From: Alphaproteobacteria bacterium
GTDB lineage: Bacteria > Pseudomonadota > Alphaproteobacteria > G965222575
Direction: 5' to 3'
DNA length: 64,000 nucleotides
NCBI GenBank assembly: GCA_965222575.1
Contig: OZ244958.1
Coordinates: 1,120,001-1,184,000 of the forward strand
The notes under the pieces are model-generated. The model saw only the letters and a list, made by a program, of their open reading frames with translations. It had not been told where the DNA came from and did not search any database. The position numbers were made by a program, and so were the translations under genes. Shown here one piece after another: positions 39,426-52,842 of the stretch. Every line of letters begins with the position of its first letter. Positions within the stretch are counted from its first letter, which is position 1.

Positions 39426-39989
39426 ATGAAAAACCCCACCTACAAAGGCTATAGTTCCTCTTTCTGTAAAAAAATAGCCTATCCCTACGCCATGGCTTTG
39501 TACCAACTCGCATGTTCTCAACACACCTTGAAAGAAACAACACAAGCACTCAAAACCCTCTACTCCGCTTTACACCACAAAGACATTGCTCTTCAAGTAC
39601 AATATCTCCTTTCTCCCGCTAGTACCAAGAACCATAAAGAACGCTTCTGTCAAACCCTCACCCACATACACCCCCTCATCACTAAGACACTACTTCTGCT
39701 CTTGCAAACCAATCGCTTGTTTTGTCTCATAGGCCTCATTGAAGCTTTTCAAAATATTGTCTTCCAAAAAGAAGGAGGGATGCAAGTCACCGTCAACAGC
39801 GCTTATCCTCTTTCAGAACCCAACAAACAAAAAATCACAACCTTTGTCAAAAACCACTGTAACGCTAAACAAGTCACCATCAAAGAGCACCTCACCCCTT
39901 CCCTTTTATCAGGTTGCATCCTCTACTTTTCTACCTATAGGCTAGACCTCTCTTTGAAGGGTAAACTCAGAAAACTACAACAAGCCTAA
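39426..39989 (+). CDS. atpH: ATP synthase F1 delta subunit
   Basis: YAMAL, V.SA..L and DLSLK motifs; first gene of atpHAGDC. Confidence 0.85.
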   Translation: MKNPTYKGYSSSFCKKIAYPYAMALYQLACSQHTLKETTQALKTLYSALHHKDIALQVQYLLSPASTKNHKERFCQTLTHIHPLITKTLLLLLQTNRLFCLIGLIEAFQNIVFQKEGGMQVTVNSAYPLSEPNKQKITTFVKNHCNAKQVTIKEHLTPSLLSGCILYFSTYRLDLSLKGKLRKLQQA

Positions 39990-40042
39990 TTCTATTAATC
40001 TTTATTAGAAAGTCCGTCTAACTGACTGAATAAAATGAAATA

Positions 40043-41579
40043 ATGTCTATTAATCCTTCAGAAATTGTCAATATCATCAAGCAACGTCTAGACAACCTTC
40101 CGTCAGGGGAGGAACTAGAGGAAGTTGGGACAGTTTTGTCCATTAGCGATGGCATTGTGAAGGCCTTTGGGTTGGGGCAAGTGAGGGCGGGAGAAATGGT
40201 AGAGTTTTCCAGTGGGACTAAGGGAATGGCGTTGAATCTGGAAGAGGACAGTGTTGGCATTGTGGTGTTCGGGGAGGATAAAACCATTGGGGAAGGCGAT
40301 ACAGTGAAAAGGCTGAAGAAAATATCAGAAATTCCTGTAGGCAAAGGGGTATTAGGTCGTGTTATAGACCCTTTAGGGCTTCCTTTAGATGGAAAAGGAG
40401 AGATAAAATCAGAAGAAAGCCGTCGTTTAGAGCTTAAAGCCCCCGGCATTATCCACAGGCAGTCTGTCAAGGAGCCTGTACAAACGGGGATTAAGTCTAT
40501 TGATGCGTTGATTCCTATTGGTCGTGGACAACGAGAGCTGATTATCGGAGACAGACAGACGGGAAAGACTGCTGTAGCCATTGATACAATTCTCAATCAA
40601 AAGGCTCTTAACAAAGAGGCAAGCAAGGAGTCAGATAAGTTATATTGTATTTATGTTGCTATTGGACAAAAGCGTTCGACGGTGGCTCAACTTCTCAAAA
40701 CTTTAGAAGACAATGATGCATTGGACTACACAACAGTTGTTATGGCTTCCGCTTCAGACCCTGCCCCGTTACAATTTCTAGCGCCGTATTCAGGCTGCGC
40801 CATTGGGGAGTACTTTCGGGACAATGGCATGCATGCTTTGATTGTTTATGACGATTTATCCAAGCAAGCGATTGCTTATCGTCAAATGTCCTTGTTACTG
40901 CGTCGTCCGCCGGGACGTGAAGCGTATCCGGGAGATGTTTTTTATCTCCATAGTCGATTACTGGAGCGTGCTGCTAAAATGAGTGATGAAAAAGGAGGAG
41001 GCTCTTTGACAGCCTTGCCAATCATTGAAACCCAAGCCGGAGATGTTGCAGCTTACATTCCCACCAATGTGATTTCCATTACAGATGGTCAGATTTTCTT
41101 GGAAACCGATCTGTTTTACCAAGGGATAAGACCAGCTATTAATGTGGGATTATCAGTTAGTCGTGTAGGATCGGCCGCACAGAAAAAAGCCATGAAAAAA
41201 GTCGCAGGGAGTATTAAACTCGACCTTGCCCAATACAGAGAAATCGCCGCCTTTTCTCAATTCGGCTCCGATCTCGATGAAGCGACCCAAAAACTCCTAG
41301 CAAGAGGAGAACGCATGACAGAACTTCTCAAGCAACAACAATATTCTCCCTTGTCTTTGGAAGAACAAGTCATTGTGATTTTTTCCGCTATCAAGGGCTA
41401 TACTGACGCTATCCCCGTGGAAAAACTCAAATCCTTTGAAGCTCAATTACTCTCTTACATGCACCAAAAACACAAAAGTATCATGACCTCCATCAAAAAT
41501 TCCGGAGACTTAGAACAGGACACAGAAAAAGCTTTACAGAAAGCACTAAAATCTTTTTGCGAAACGTGGCAATCTCAAT

Positions 41580-41605
<26 letters not shown>
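40043..41605 (+). CDS. atpA: ATP synthase F1 alpha subunit
   Basis: GDRQTGKT and [21 protein letters not shown] motifs. Confidence 0.98.
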
Positions 41606-44311
<2,706 letters not shown>

Positions 44312-44315
<4 letters not shown>

Positions 44316-44608
44316 ACTTCTTGTTGGAAAAAAGCACAAAAGGCATCATTACATTCTTGATTATCACAAGCATTAGTTTAACAACCTTATTACTATTACC
44401 CTTTTTGCTTGTGATAACTCCCTTTTGCTTTGCCCTAGCCCTGTACTACCTCCTGTTACCAAAACACCGCACTTGGATGAAAAAGCCCTCCCTACAGGAC
44501 ATAAAAAATGCTAAGACAGAATCCCCAATGCTCTATGTAACTGTTATTTTCATTGTCACCATACTCTTTTTCATCCAAGGTTTAGTCCTATACCATTTCG
44601 TCAGATAA
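44312..44608 (+). CDS. Hypothetical membrane protein
   Basis: Hydrophobic segments; ATGA overlap with the atpC stop. Confidence 0.6.
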
Positions 44609-44907
44609 AAGACTCGGAAGAGGAGGGGAGGGTAATGAAAAGGAAGTCCGCCATTCCACAGCACTAGCCCGATGTATACAAGGTGTGCTAGCAAGAAGTA
44701 CTAGCTTAAGTGTAGAAGGCGCACTACTACTATTCCACAGCACTCTAGCCCAATGTATACAAGGTGTGAGGTGCTAGCTTCTCTATATTTACCTGACTCC
44801 ATGCGCCGGGCTTGAAGCAATTATCTCATGAAAATCAATCTATAAGGAAGAAAACCTAAATGCGTGCATTGCGTGCATTTTAAGGCACGCATTTAAGGAG
44901 TCCTTTA

Positions 44908-44935
44908 TTGTCGTATAAGATATATTATGTTAAAT
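44908..44935 (+). other. dif site (XerCD chromosome dimer resolution)
   Basis: TTGTCGTATAA-GATATA-TTATGTTAAAT: 11-6-11 layout, XerD arm identical to E. coli dif, intergenic. Confidence 0.88.
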
Positions 44936-45113
44936 GAAGTTCCCTCTGACCTTATAAGAGGTTTTACCTTATAGGAGTATAGTCCTTAGGATTAGCGCTG
45001 TGTTCTAGTACATATAGAACATGGCAAAATATGGATTAAGTTCCCGCTATGCTTTTCTCAAAACTCTCCGGTAGGGTTCTACCTATTTCACCCGGTGGGG
45101 TTTCGACGGAAAC

Positions 45114-47630
45114 TCACTCAAAGCCAACAATTTTTAGGAACTCTTCCTCTGTCATAATGGAAATACCTAAATCTTTAGCTTGCTTAGCTTTTTTACCGGG
45201 CTTTTGACCCACAACAACAAAATCTGTCTTAGAAGAAACATTACTAACCTGACCGCCTAAACTCTCTACATGTCCCTTAGCTTCTCTTCTCCCCATCCTA
45301 TCAAGAGCTCCCGTAAAAGCAAAAAGCTTGCCCGCAAAACGACCGGGTTTCTTCTCTAAGGCCTTAGGCGTTAAATACCCTGAAAGCTTTTTCAGTCTTT
45401 CAACAGCAGAAGATGAAAAAAACGCCTCAAGTGACTTCCTAACACCTACCCCCACACCATCTAATCCTATAACAGTCTCCAAAAGCTCTCCTTTCTTCTC
45501 ATGACATTGCCTAGCAAAGACTAGTAATTGCTCTTTAGTCCTCAAAAATTCCCCAATATCAGAGGAAAGATTCTTCCCAAGATTGCGAATACCCTGACTA
45601 TACAGAACTCTGTCCAACCCAACACTCTTAGCTCTTTCAGTAGCCTCTAACAACTTCTCAACAGAGACCTCACCAAATCCCTCTTCAATAGACAAATCTA
45701 CTCTTTTCTCTTTCTGCTCTTCTGCCCAATCAAAAATCTCCACCCCATACCTAATCCACCCTTTTTCAAACAATACCTTCAAGGTTCTACCCCCCATCCC
45801 CTCAATGTTCATAGCATCAGCACTCACAAAATGCTCCAATTGTCCCAGTAACTGAGAAGGACATCCCTGCTCATTAGAACAACAATAAGCAGCAGACTCT
45901 TTCCCCACAAGACTTCCACACTCAGGACAATACTTAGGAAATTTATACACAGTAGCAAACGATGGATTATGAATCACTCTATCAATTTGTGGAATCACAT
46001 CTCCGCTACGATACACAACCACCTCAGAACCAACACGGATAGCCTTTCCCGCCATATAATCCTCATTATGAAGAGAGACATTCCTCACCACTACTCCACC
46101 TAGTACAACAGGCTTAAGACGCGCAACAGGAGTCAAAGCCCCAAGACGCCCAACTTGCACATCAATAGCCCGAACCGTTGATAACCCCTCCTCCGATGGA
46201 AACTTAAACGCCACTGCCCATCGAGGAGCCTTTGCTGTCTCCCCAAGACGACGCCTAACAGCAAAATCATCAACAGAAAAGACCACCCCATCTACCTCAT
46301 AAGGAAGCTTATGCCGAATAGTGCTTAAATGGTTATAAAACGCTACCGCCTCTTGAGGAGTGCGACAAAGCCTCTTTTTATGAGATACCTGAAAACCAAG
46401 TCCCTTCAGAACACCATGCATTTCCGCTGCTCCCTTACAACACAATACCTGCATAGTCTCTTCACTCCACCCATGAAGGGTATACTCTAAACAGGACAAC
46501 TTCTCTTTCCACTGTGCTTTCTCCTCCTCTTTAGAAGGCGGTAAAGACCTCATAATACCAGCCGCTGCATTCCTAGCACTACTCCCCCTCCCCTCCCCCT
46601 CTATCTCTGTTTTAAGACCCTCAAAGGTCTCCTTCAAAAAATACACCTCCGCTACAACATGAAGCGCTTCCCTACAAGCAATTCTTTGAGGAATAGAACC
46701 AATGTGAGCAACATTCTGTGTAAGCTCCTCTCCCTCTTGGCCATCTCCGCGACTAAGAGCCCTCACAAGCCTCCCATCCCCATAATGAAGAGCCAAGCAA
46801 ACACCATCAATCTTTTCCGTTCCCCAAAAAGCAAACGCCTCTCCCGTTCCCCAAAAAGCCTCCAGTTCCTCCTTCTTCTTCAAATGCGGGAATAAAAACC
46901 GTGCCATTTTATTCAAGCACTCTCTAAACTCAGATTCCTCAAGAGCATTCTGTAAAGACAAAAGAGGTTGGGAATGCCGCCCCTTGTAAAACTTTTCGTA
47001 AGGGGCATCCCCAACAGGAGATGACAAATAACGAGATAATACAGAAGCAGATGTATCTCCAACAGGTTGACGCTGCCTTTTAGAGACCCCTTCATCATAA
47101 TCATTGCCAACAGGCAAGCGTTCTACAAATCTCTCCATCCTATCGTAGTCTGCATCACTTATCAAAGGCCTATCATAGCGATAGTAACAACGCCTATAAT
47201 AATAAAGAAGCAGGGGCATATTCAAAGACGCGGCACAGATATCCCACAAAAGCTGAAAGGGGTACCCTGAGCGCGGCGACTTGCTCTCTGAAAACCCTCT
47301 TTCTTGATAAGGTCTCCTGATTGTTTCCCATAATGCAATCTTTTTTCTATTACTAGAATCTTTCTTTAACCTATTTATAAATATGTCTATTTCAGAAAAA
47401 ATATCGCTGCCTTGTTCAAGACAGTTTGCTATGGTTTGTAAAAAAGAGGCATGTTGAGGATAAAATGCTTTTAGGAGAGGGAGAGAGCGGAAATCTGAGA
47501 CAAGGTGCTTGAAAAATGTTGGGATATCTTTTTTCTGTGCAGAATTTTCCCTGTATAAGTCTAGGCTTAAATCCAGACTTTGAGCTATTGTTGCCCACTC
47601 TATAGCTTGGTCTTTATCTTTTTCTTTCAA
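45114..47630 (-). CDS. ligA: NAD-dependent DNA ligase with N-terminal extension
   Basis: P.ISDADYD, EKIDG, SRGDG, PRWAVAFKF, CPECGS, BRCT. Confidence 0.95.
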   Translation of the reverse strand: MKEKDKDQAIEWATIAQSLDLSLDLYRENSAQKKDIPTFFKHLVSDFRSLPLLKAFYPQHASFLQTIANCLEQGSDIFSEIDIFINRLKKDSSNRKKIALWETIRRPYQERGFSESKSPRSGYPFQLLWDICAASLNMPLLLYYYRRCYYRYDRPLISDADYDRMERFVERLPVGNDYDEGVSKRQRQPVGDTSASVLSRYLSSPVGDAPYEKFYKGRHSQPLLSLQNALEESEFRECLNKMARFLFPHLKKKEELEAFWGTGEAFAFWGTEKIDGVCLALHYGDGRLVRALSRGDGQEGEELTQNVAHIGSIPQRIACREALHVVAEVYFLKETFEGLKTEIEGEGRGSSARNAAAGIMRSLPPSKEEEKAQWKEKLSCLEYTLHGWSEETMQVLCCKGAAEMHGVLKGLGFQVSHKKRLCRTPQEAVAFYNHLSTIRHKLPYEVDGVVFSVDDFAVRRRLGETAKAPRWAVAFKFPSEEGLSTVRAIDVQVGRLGALTPVARLKPVVLGGVVVRNVSLHNEDYMAGKAIRVGSEVVVYRSGDVIPQIDRVIHNPSFATVYKFPKYCPECGSLVGKESAAYCCSNEQGCPSQLLGQLEHFVSADAMNIEGMGGRTLKVLFEKGWIRYGVEIFDWAEEQKEKRVDLSIEEGFGEVSVEKLLEATERAKSVGLDRVLYSQGIRNLGKNLSSDIGEFLRTKEQLLVFARQCHEKKGELLETVIGLDGVGVGVRKSLEAFFSSSAVERLKKLSGYLTPKALEKKPGRFAGKLFAFTGALDRMGRREAKGHVESLGGQVSNVSSKTDFVVVGQKPGKKAKQAKDLGISIMTEEEFLKIVGFE

Positions 47631-49284
47631 TGACTCTTTATTTTTTGTTGCGTCGCACGCTTCAGTAAAAAGTCCGCTGTTTCGTACACAGAAGCCGCAG
47701 TCGTTTTTCCAGCAAGCATTCTCACTAGCTCTTGAAGGCGCCCTTGTTTGGTCCGTAAACTCTTCACTTCAATCCCCTCTTTTTCTTTTGAGATACAAAA
47801 ATGGCAATCTGCATAAGCCGCTACCTGAGATGAGTGCGTAATCAAAATCACTTGGGTGCTTTTTGACAACACATATAACCGCTGAGCCACAGCCTCAGAG
47901 GTCTGACCTCCTATTCCTCTGTCAATCTCATCAAAAACTATCACCTTCGCCATACTCACCGTATGGACTTTTAACGCCAACATCAACCGAGACATTTCCC
48001 CTCCAGAGGCCGCACGCCCTAACTCTTCCATTTTCCCATCAGGATATCTCAAACAAAATGCAACCTCTTGATGCCCTAACGATGTCCACTTCTTGACTTC
48101 AAGGTCAGTAAACCTCACCCGGAAAATAGACCCTTCTATCTTCAAAACCTTAAATTCTCTTGCCATGTGCTTCTCCAATACATGCGCCGTCTCTTGACGA
48201 ATTTCCGAAACTCTTCGCGCCTTTCTTTCATAAAGACTCTCTGCCTTCCTAACCTCTTCCTCAAGACTCTTAAGATGCAAATCCTTCTCTTCTACCTCCC
48301 GAAGCTCTTGGCGCAATACCTCATGGTGATTTTCCAAAGACTCCACAGGAATCCTATACAATGACCCCAAAGCTTGTAAAGCATACAACCTCTCCTCTAT
48401 CTTCTCTAAAGACCGTTCATCATACCCTGAAACCTTTTCTCTCAACCCCATGACACACCCCTTCCCTTCCTCATATTCCACCAGCGCTCTTTGAAAGGAT
48501 TCTAAAGCCCCTTGCCCCTCCTCTAAAGGCAATCCCTTCACCTCCTCTAATAGCCTGTGAGAGGCTCCTCAATCACACGACTATCAGATAAAATCTCTCC
48601 AACACACTGTAATGTCTTGAAAAGACTATCTCTAGAACGCAACACATTCCTCTCAGCAAGAAGAGCTTTTTCCTCCCCCGCTTTAGGACTCAAAACATCA
48701 AAAGCCTCTAAAGACTGCTTAATATCAGACAAAACCATGCGCTGAGCGCGCTCTTGAAAATCCTTGAGACTTTTTCTTTTCTCCTTCAAACCCTCAAAGG
48801 CAGACTTCAACGCCTCTAAAGGGGCTCTATCCTTTATCAGCGAATCCAAAATCTCAAGCTGTGTTCCTTTTCGCAGTAAAGCCATCTCACCCCCTTGAAC
48901 ATGATACTCCAAAAATACAGGAACCAAAGCCTTCAGAGTCGTCAACTGTACAGGCTGGTCACTGATATAGCACTTATGACGACGAGACTCCCCTACAATC
49001 CTTTTAACCAAAATCGTCTCCCCCTCCTCTACCATAATGCCCTTTTCCCTCAAAAATGCCGCCATCTCCTCCTCGCAAGAAAACGCTACACAAACACCGC
49101 CACTAGATGCCGTAGACTCTAACGAAAGCCGACCGCGACCCCAAAATACAAAAGAAAGACACTCCAAAACCATACTCTTGCCAGCACCAGTCTCACCTGT
49201 CAAAGCATTTATCCCTGCAGAAAAAGACAACTCCAAAGACCCAAAAGGACTCATCCGGTAACAAGATATCGACTGCAACATCAA
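47627..49284 (-). pseudogene. recN: DNA repair protein RecN, split by a 1-nt frameshift near 48565
   Basis: TGETGAGKS in 48547-49284; ASGGEMSRLMLALK and FDEID in 47627-48541. Confidence 0.85.
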
Positions 49285-49301
49285 AACACCCCCTTCACCC
49301 C

Positions 49302-50123
49302 TTACGGGGTAACAAGTTCATTAGCCCACATCGTCCACTGACTCTTGGGATAATTCAATTCCAACATCTCAACCATAGACAACGCCTCCCCTTCAACACC
49401 AAGAGCAAAATAAACCTCAACAAGCCTATACAGAGCTTCTTCTATTTGAGGCGTAAAGTAATACTCGCCAATAACAATCTGATACCTCTTAATAGCAGAG
49501 GGATAATCTCCTTGCTTTTGATAAAATCTTGCAACATACATCTCTCTAGCAGCAAGCTGGTTATAAATGAGCGCAATCTTCACTTTCGATTCCTGAGCAT
49601 AGACACTGTGAGGAAAACGCAAAATCACCCCTTCAAAAGCCTGCAAAGCTTGAAGTGCTGTCTGTTGCTCCCGTTCAATATCAGGAATCTGACCATAAAA
49701 ACACTCCGCAATAAGATAGTAAATATACGGAACAAGAGAATGCTGAGGATAAAGGGTTAAAAAATTTTCCCCAACATTGATAGCTTCTGTGTAAAATTGC
49801 CCAACATAATAAGAAAATGCCGACATAACAAAAGAATGTGCAGACCACTTAGAATACGGATATTGACGCTCTACATTACGAAACATCTCAGCAGCTTCCT
49901 CAAAGCTATCAATCTCAAAAAGCGCCATAGCCTCCGCATAAATCTCAACAAGAGTCTTCTCCTCAATAGGAGAAATCACAGAAGGAACTTCTCCATACAA
50001 AGCACTATCAGTATCCCCTTCAGCATCCCCTTCGGCAGCCCAAAGACTACAACCCCAACACAAAAATGACAAAATAAAAAGCCGAAACAGCATCTGATAC
50101 TGCTGCTGTAGAACCTTGCTCAC
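49302..50123 (-). CDS. bamD: Outer membrane protein assembly factor BamD
   Basis: YPYSKWS, YP.H...YIYY, FP.S.YA, EM.VARFY, EEALYRL; GTG start after GAGGGAGGG. Confidence 0.88.
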   Translation of the reverse strand: MSKVLQQQYQMLFRLFILSFLCWGCSLWAAEGDAEGDTDSALYGEVPSVISPIEEKTLVEIYAEAMALFEIDSFEEAAEMFRNVERQYPYSKWSAHSFVMSAFSYYVGQFYTEAINVGENFLTLYPQHSLVPYIYYLIAECFYGQIPDIEREQQTALQALQAFEGVILRFPHSVYAQESKVKIALIYNQLAAREMYVARFYQKQGDYPSAIKRYQIVIGEYYFTPQIEEALYRLVEVYFALGVEGEALSMVEMLELNYPKSQWTMWANELVTP

Positions 50124-50160
50124 TTTCCCTCCCTCTTTACACTTCACCAGACAAATCCTT

Positions 50161-51540
50161 TTACTGCTCCTTCCCCTTAAGAAAACGCTTCCAAAAAGAA
50201 GACGCAGACTCCTCTTCAACCGATACACCTTCTTCCTTCTGAATCGGCAATTCTAACTCTTCTTGCTCCCCCTTAAAACCTTCCTCAAAAGAAGAGGTCT
50301 CCCCCCCCTCCTTCTGTAACTGTGCATGAGAAAACAGTAAGGTATTGTTCTCATTGGGATCAGGCAATCCCGTAGCCACAACAGTCACAATCATAGAAGT
50401 CGCACCCTCCACATGACGCGCTCCAAGCACAATGTTCACATCCTCACTGGCTTTATCCCGAATCACCCCCAACGCTTCCTCTACCTCCGGTAACTTCATG
50501 TCCTCTCCCCCAGCTATATTCACCAAAATATCCGTAGCATGCACTAAAGATACCTTATCCAAAAGAGGATTATAAATCGCACCCTCCGCCGCCTCCACAG
50601 CCCGCCCCTGACCATCAGCAACTCCTATCCCAATCAAAGCCCTTTTCCCCTTATTCTCAATCACAGCACGCACATCAGCAAAATCTAAATTAATCAAGCC
50701 GGGCTTCACCATCACATCCACAATACCCTGAACCCCCTTATATAATACCCTATCCGCCTCCTTAAACGCATCTATCACAGAAGTATTTTTATCATTCAAA
50801 CGATACAGATTCTGATTATACACTACCACTAATGTATCCAACTCTTTCTCTAATTCTTCCAATCCTTTCTGCGCCATTAAAGCACGCCTCTTCCCCTCCA
50901 TCTCAAAAGGCATAGTCACAATGCCAATGGTCAACGCTCCCTCCTCCCGAGCAACCTTTGCCACCACAGGAGACGCTCCAGTCCCAGTACCACCACCCAT
51001 ACCACCTGTAATAAAACACAAATGCGCACCCCTAACCGCTTCCCGTATTTCTTCCTCAGACTCCTCCGCCGCTTGCCTCCCAAGCACAGGATCAGTCCCA
51101 GCACCAAGACCCTTCGTACAACTCCTCCCCAACTGAATACACTTCGAAACCCCAGTACGATGCAACGCCTGCAAATCTGTATTCGCCGCAACAAATTCTA
51201 TCCCCTCTAACTCTTCATCTAACATGCGATTCAGCGCATTCCCTCCTGCTCCTCCTACTCCAAACACAATAATCTTAGGGTGAAACGACGGGTCACCATA
51301 AGAAAAATCCCCCTCTACCTTCTTCAAAGGAGAAAAACCACGCCTCCCTATCACAAGCGATTCATCAGGGAGTATTTCTTTTTCCTCAGGTAAGGGCGAC
51401 ACAGAAGCTTCTTTTGCCTCCGTGACTTTTGAAGAATCGTTCACAGAAACTTTCAGACTCTCTATATCCTGAGAAGAAAAAGCCTCCATCCCAGAGGAAG
51501 GCGTTTCATTTTTATCTTCTTTAAGAGGAATATTTTCCAT
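50161..51540 (-). CDS. ftsZ: Cell division protein FtsZ
   Basis: GVGGAGGNA, GGGTGTG and INLDFADV motifs. Confidence 0.96.
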   Translation of the reverse strand: MENIPLKEDKNETPSSGMEAFSSQDIESLKVSVNDSSKVTEAKEASVSPLPEEKEILPDESLVIGRRGFSPLKKVEGDFSYGDPSFHPKIIVFGVGGAGGNALNRMLDEELEGIEFVAANTDLQALHRTGVSKCIQLGRSCTKGLGAGTDPVLGRQAAEESEEEIREAVRGAHLCFITGGMGGGTGTGASPVVAKVAREEGALTIGIVTMPFEMEGKRRALMAQKGLEELEKELDTLVVVYNQNLYRLNDKNTSVIDAFKEADRVLYKGVQGIVDVMVKPGLINLDFADVRAVIENKGKRALIGIGVADGQGRAVEAAEGAIYNPLLDKVSLVHATDILVNIAGGEDMKLPEVEEALGVIRDKASEDVNIVLGARHVEGATSMIVTVVATGLPDPNENNTLLFSHAQLQKEGGETSSFEEGFKGEQEELELPIQKEEGVSVEEESASSFWKRFLKGKEQ

Positions 51541-51672
51541 GAGTACAGGAATACAGCAAAACTGCTATAAAGTGTACAAAATTTCCATGCAATAGAAAAG
51601 AATTTTTATCTAGCCCCCTTGACCTAAAAACCAAAGATACAACAAAATACCCGCCAATCAATTATACTCTGT

Positions 51673-52842
51673 TCAAGCATCTCCGCCCATAAATCGAAAA
51701 AACCTTTTCAGAAAAGAAACGTTAGACAAAAAGCCAAAAGAAGAAGCTTTAGAGAGAGAAGGTCTTTGAGCCATCATATACAAAAGCCCCATGGCTACCC
51801 CATATTGAGGATGATAAGGGCGTACAAGAGGCTCTCTCACTGTTATGCTAAGACGTTTGCCCATATAGTGCGCTAATCCTTTGAGCTGGCTTGTGCCTCC
51901 TGTGATGACAACAACGCTAGGGGGAGGAAAGCGTTCTGTCTTCACCAAATGAGGCCGAATGCCTTGACACAAGATATCAACGCCTGCTTTAACAGGCTTA
52001 CTCACCTCAAAAACAGACACTTGCCGCATAGGAACATCACCAGAAGAAAGAGAAATAAGAGAAGAAGAAACTGAAGAAGAAGACAAATCTACAGACTGCT
52101 TTTTCAACTTCTCGGCATCTTCTAAAGAAATGCGGTACTGATACGCAAGACTTTGCGTCAAATGACTGCCTCCAACAGGAAGGACAAAACCATGCACCAT
52201 CACGCCATTGTGAAAAATAGCGCCCCTCGTAGAGGCTTGACCCATATCCAACACTAAAGACCCAAGATGACGCTCTTGGGGCGTGAGACACCCTAACCCT
52301 GCTGCTTTAGCAGAAAATCCATAGCGCTTAGGAGAAACATGACAGCGCTTCAAACACCTATCTATATTCCTAAGCGGCATCTCCGGCACACCCACAGAGT
52401 AAAAAGCCCCTTCCAAATGATGACCCTCCATATTAAGAGGATTATCCACCGCCACACCATCTACCTTATAGTGAAGAACATCAGTCCCCAACAATACATG
52501 ATTCGTCAGCTTATCAGCTTGTCTACTCCTCATCAAACGCATATCTTCCGCCCCAATATAACGACCGTCTATAAGAATTTTATCTGTCGTATAGGAAAAT
52601 ACCATTTGTTCCATACAAACCCCCACCGCTACAGAACGTATCGTTTCTTCTTTTCGTATCTTCTCCAAAACCCGCAAAAGAGACCCCATAGCCAAGTCCA
52701 TATGGCTAATCATTGCATTCTTAATACCCCTAGAAGGCACACTATTGTGCGTTAAAACCTCTAGCCTCGCGCCCTCCTTTACAGCCGCAACCACAGCAGA
52801 AAGTTTATGAGACCCCAAATCTATACTAGCGACACGATTCAT
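51673..52842 (-). CDS. ftsA: Cell division protein FtsA
   Basis: IDLGSHK, LDMG, GG.HLT, AEKLK, ITGG.SQL and C-terminal amphipathic helix. Confidence 0.88.
   Translation of the reverse strand: MNRVASIDLGSHKLSAVVAAVKEGARLEVLTHNSVPSRGIKNAMISHMDLAMGSLLRVLEKIRKEETIRSVAVGVCMEQMVFSYTTDKILIDGRYIGAEDMRLMRSRQADKLTNHVLLGTDVLHYKVDGVAVDNPLNMEGHHLEGAFYSVGVPEMPLRNIDRCLKRCHVSPKRYGFSAKAAGLGCLTPQERHLGSLVLDMGQASTRGAIFHNGVMVHGFVLPVGGSHLTQSLAYQYRISLEDAEKLKKQSVDLSSSSVSSSLISLSSGDVPMRQVSVFEVSKPVKAGVDILCQGIRPHLVKTERFPPPSVVVITGGTSQLKGLAHYMGKRLSITVREPLVRPYHPQYGVAMGLLYMMAQRPSLSKASSFGFLSNVSFLKRFFRFMGGDA

Noticed and set aside
44653-44768. Mini CRISPR array near dif
   Set aside because: Only two imperfect copies, unrelated to the Cas9 repeat
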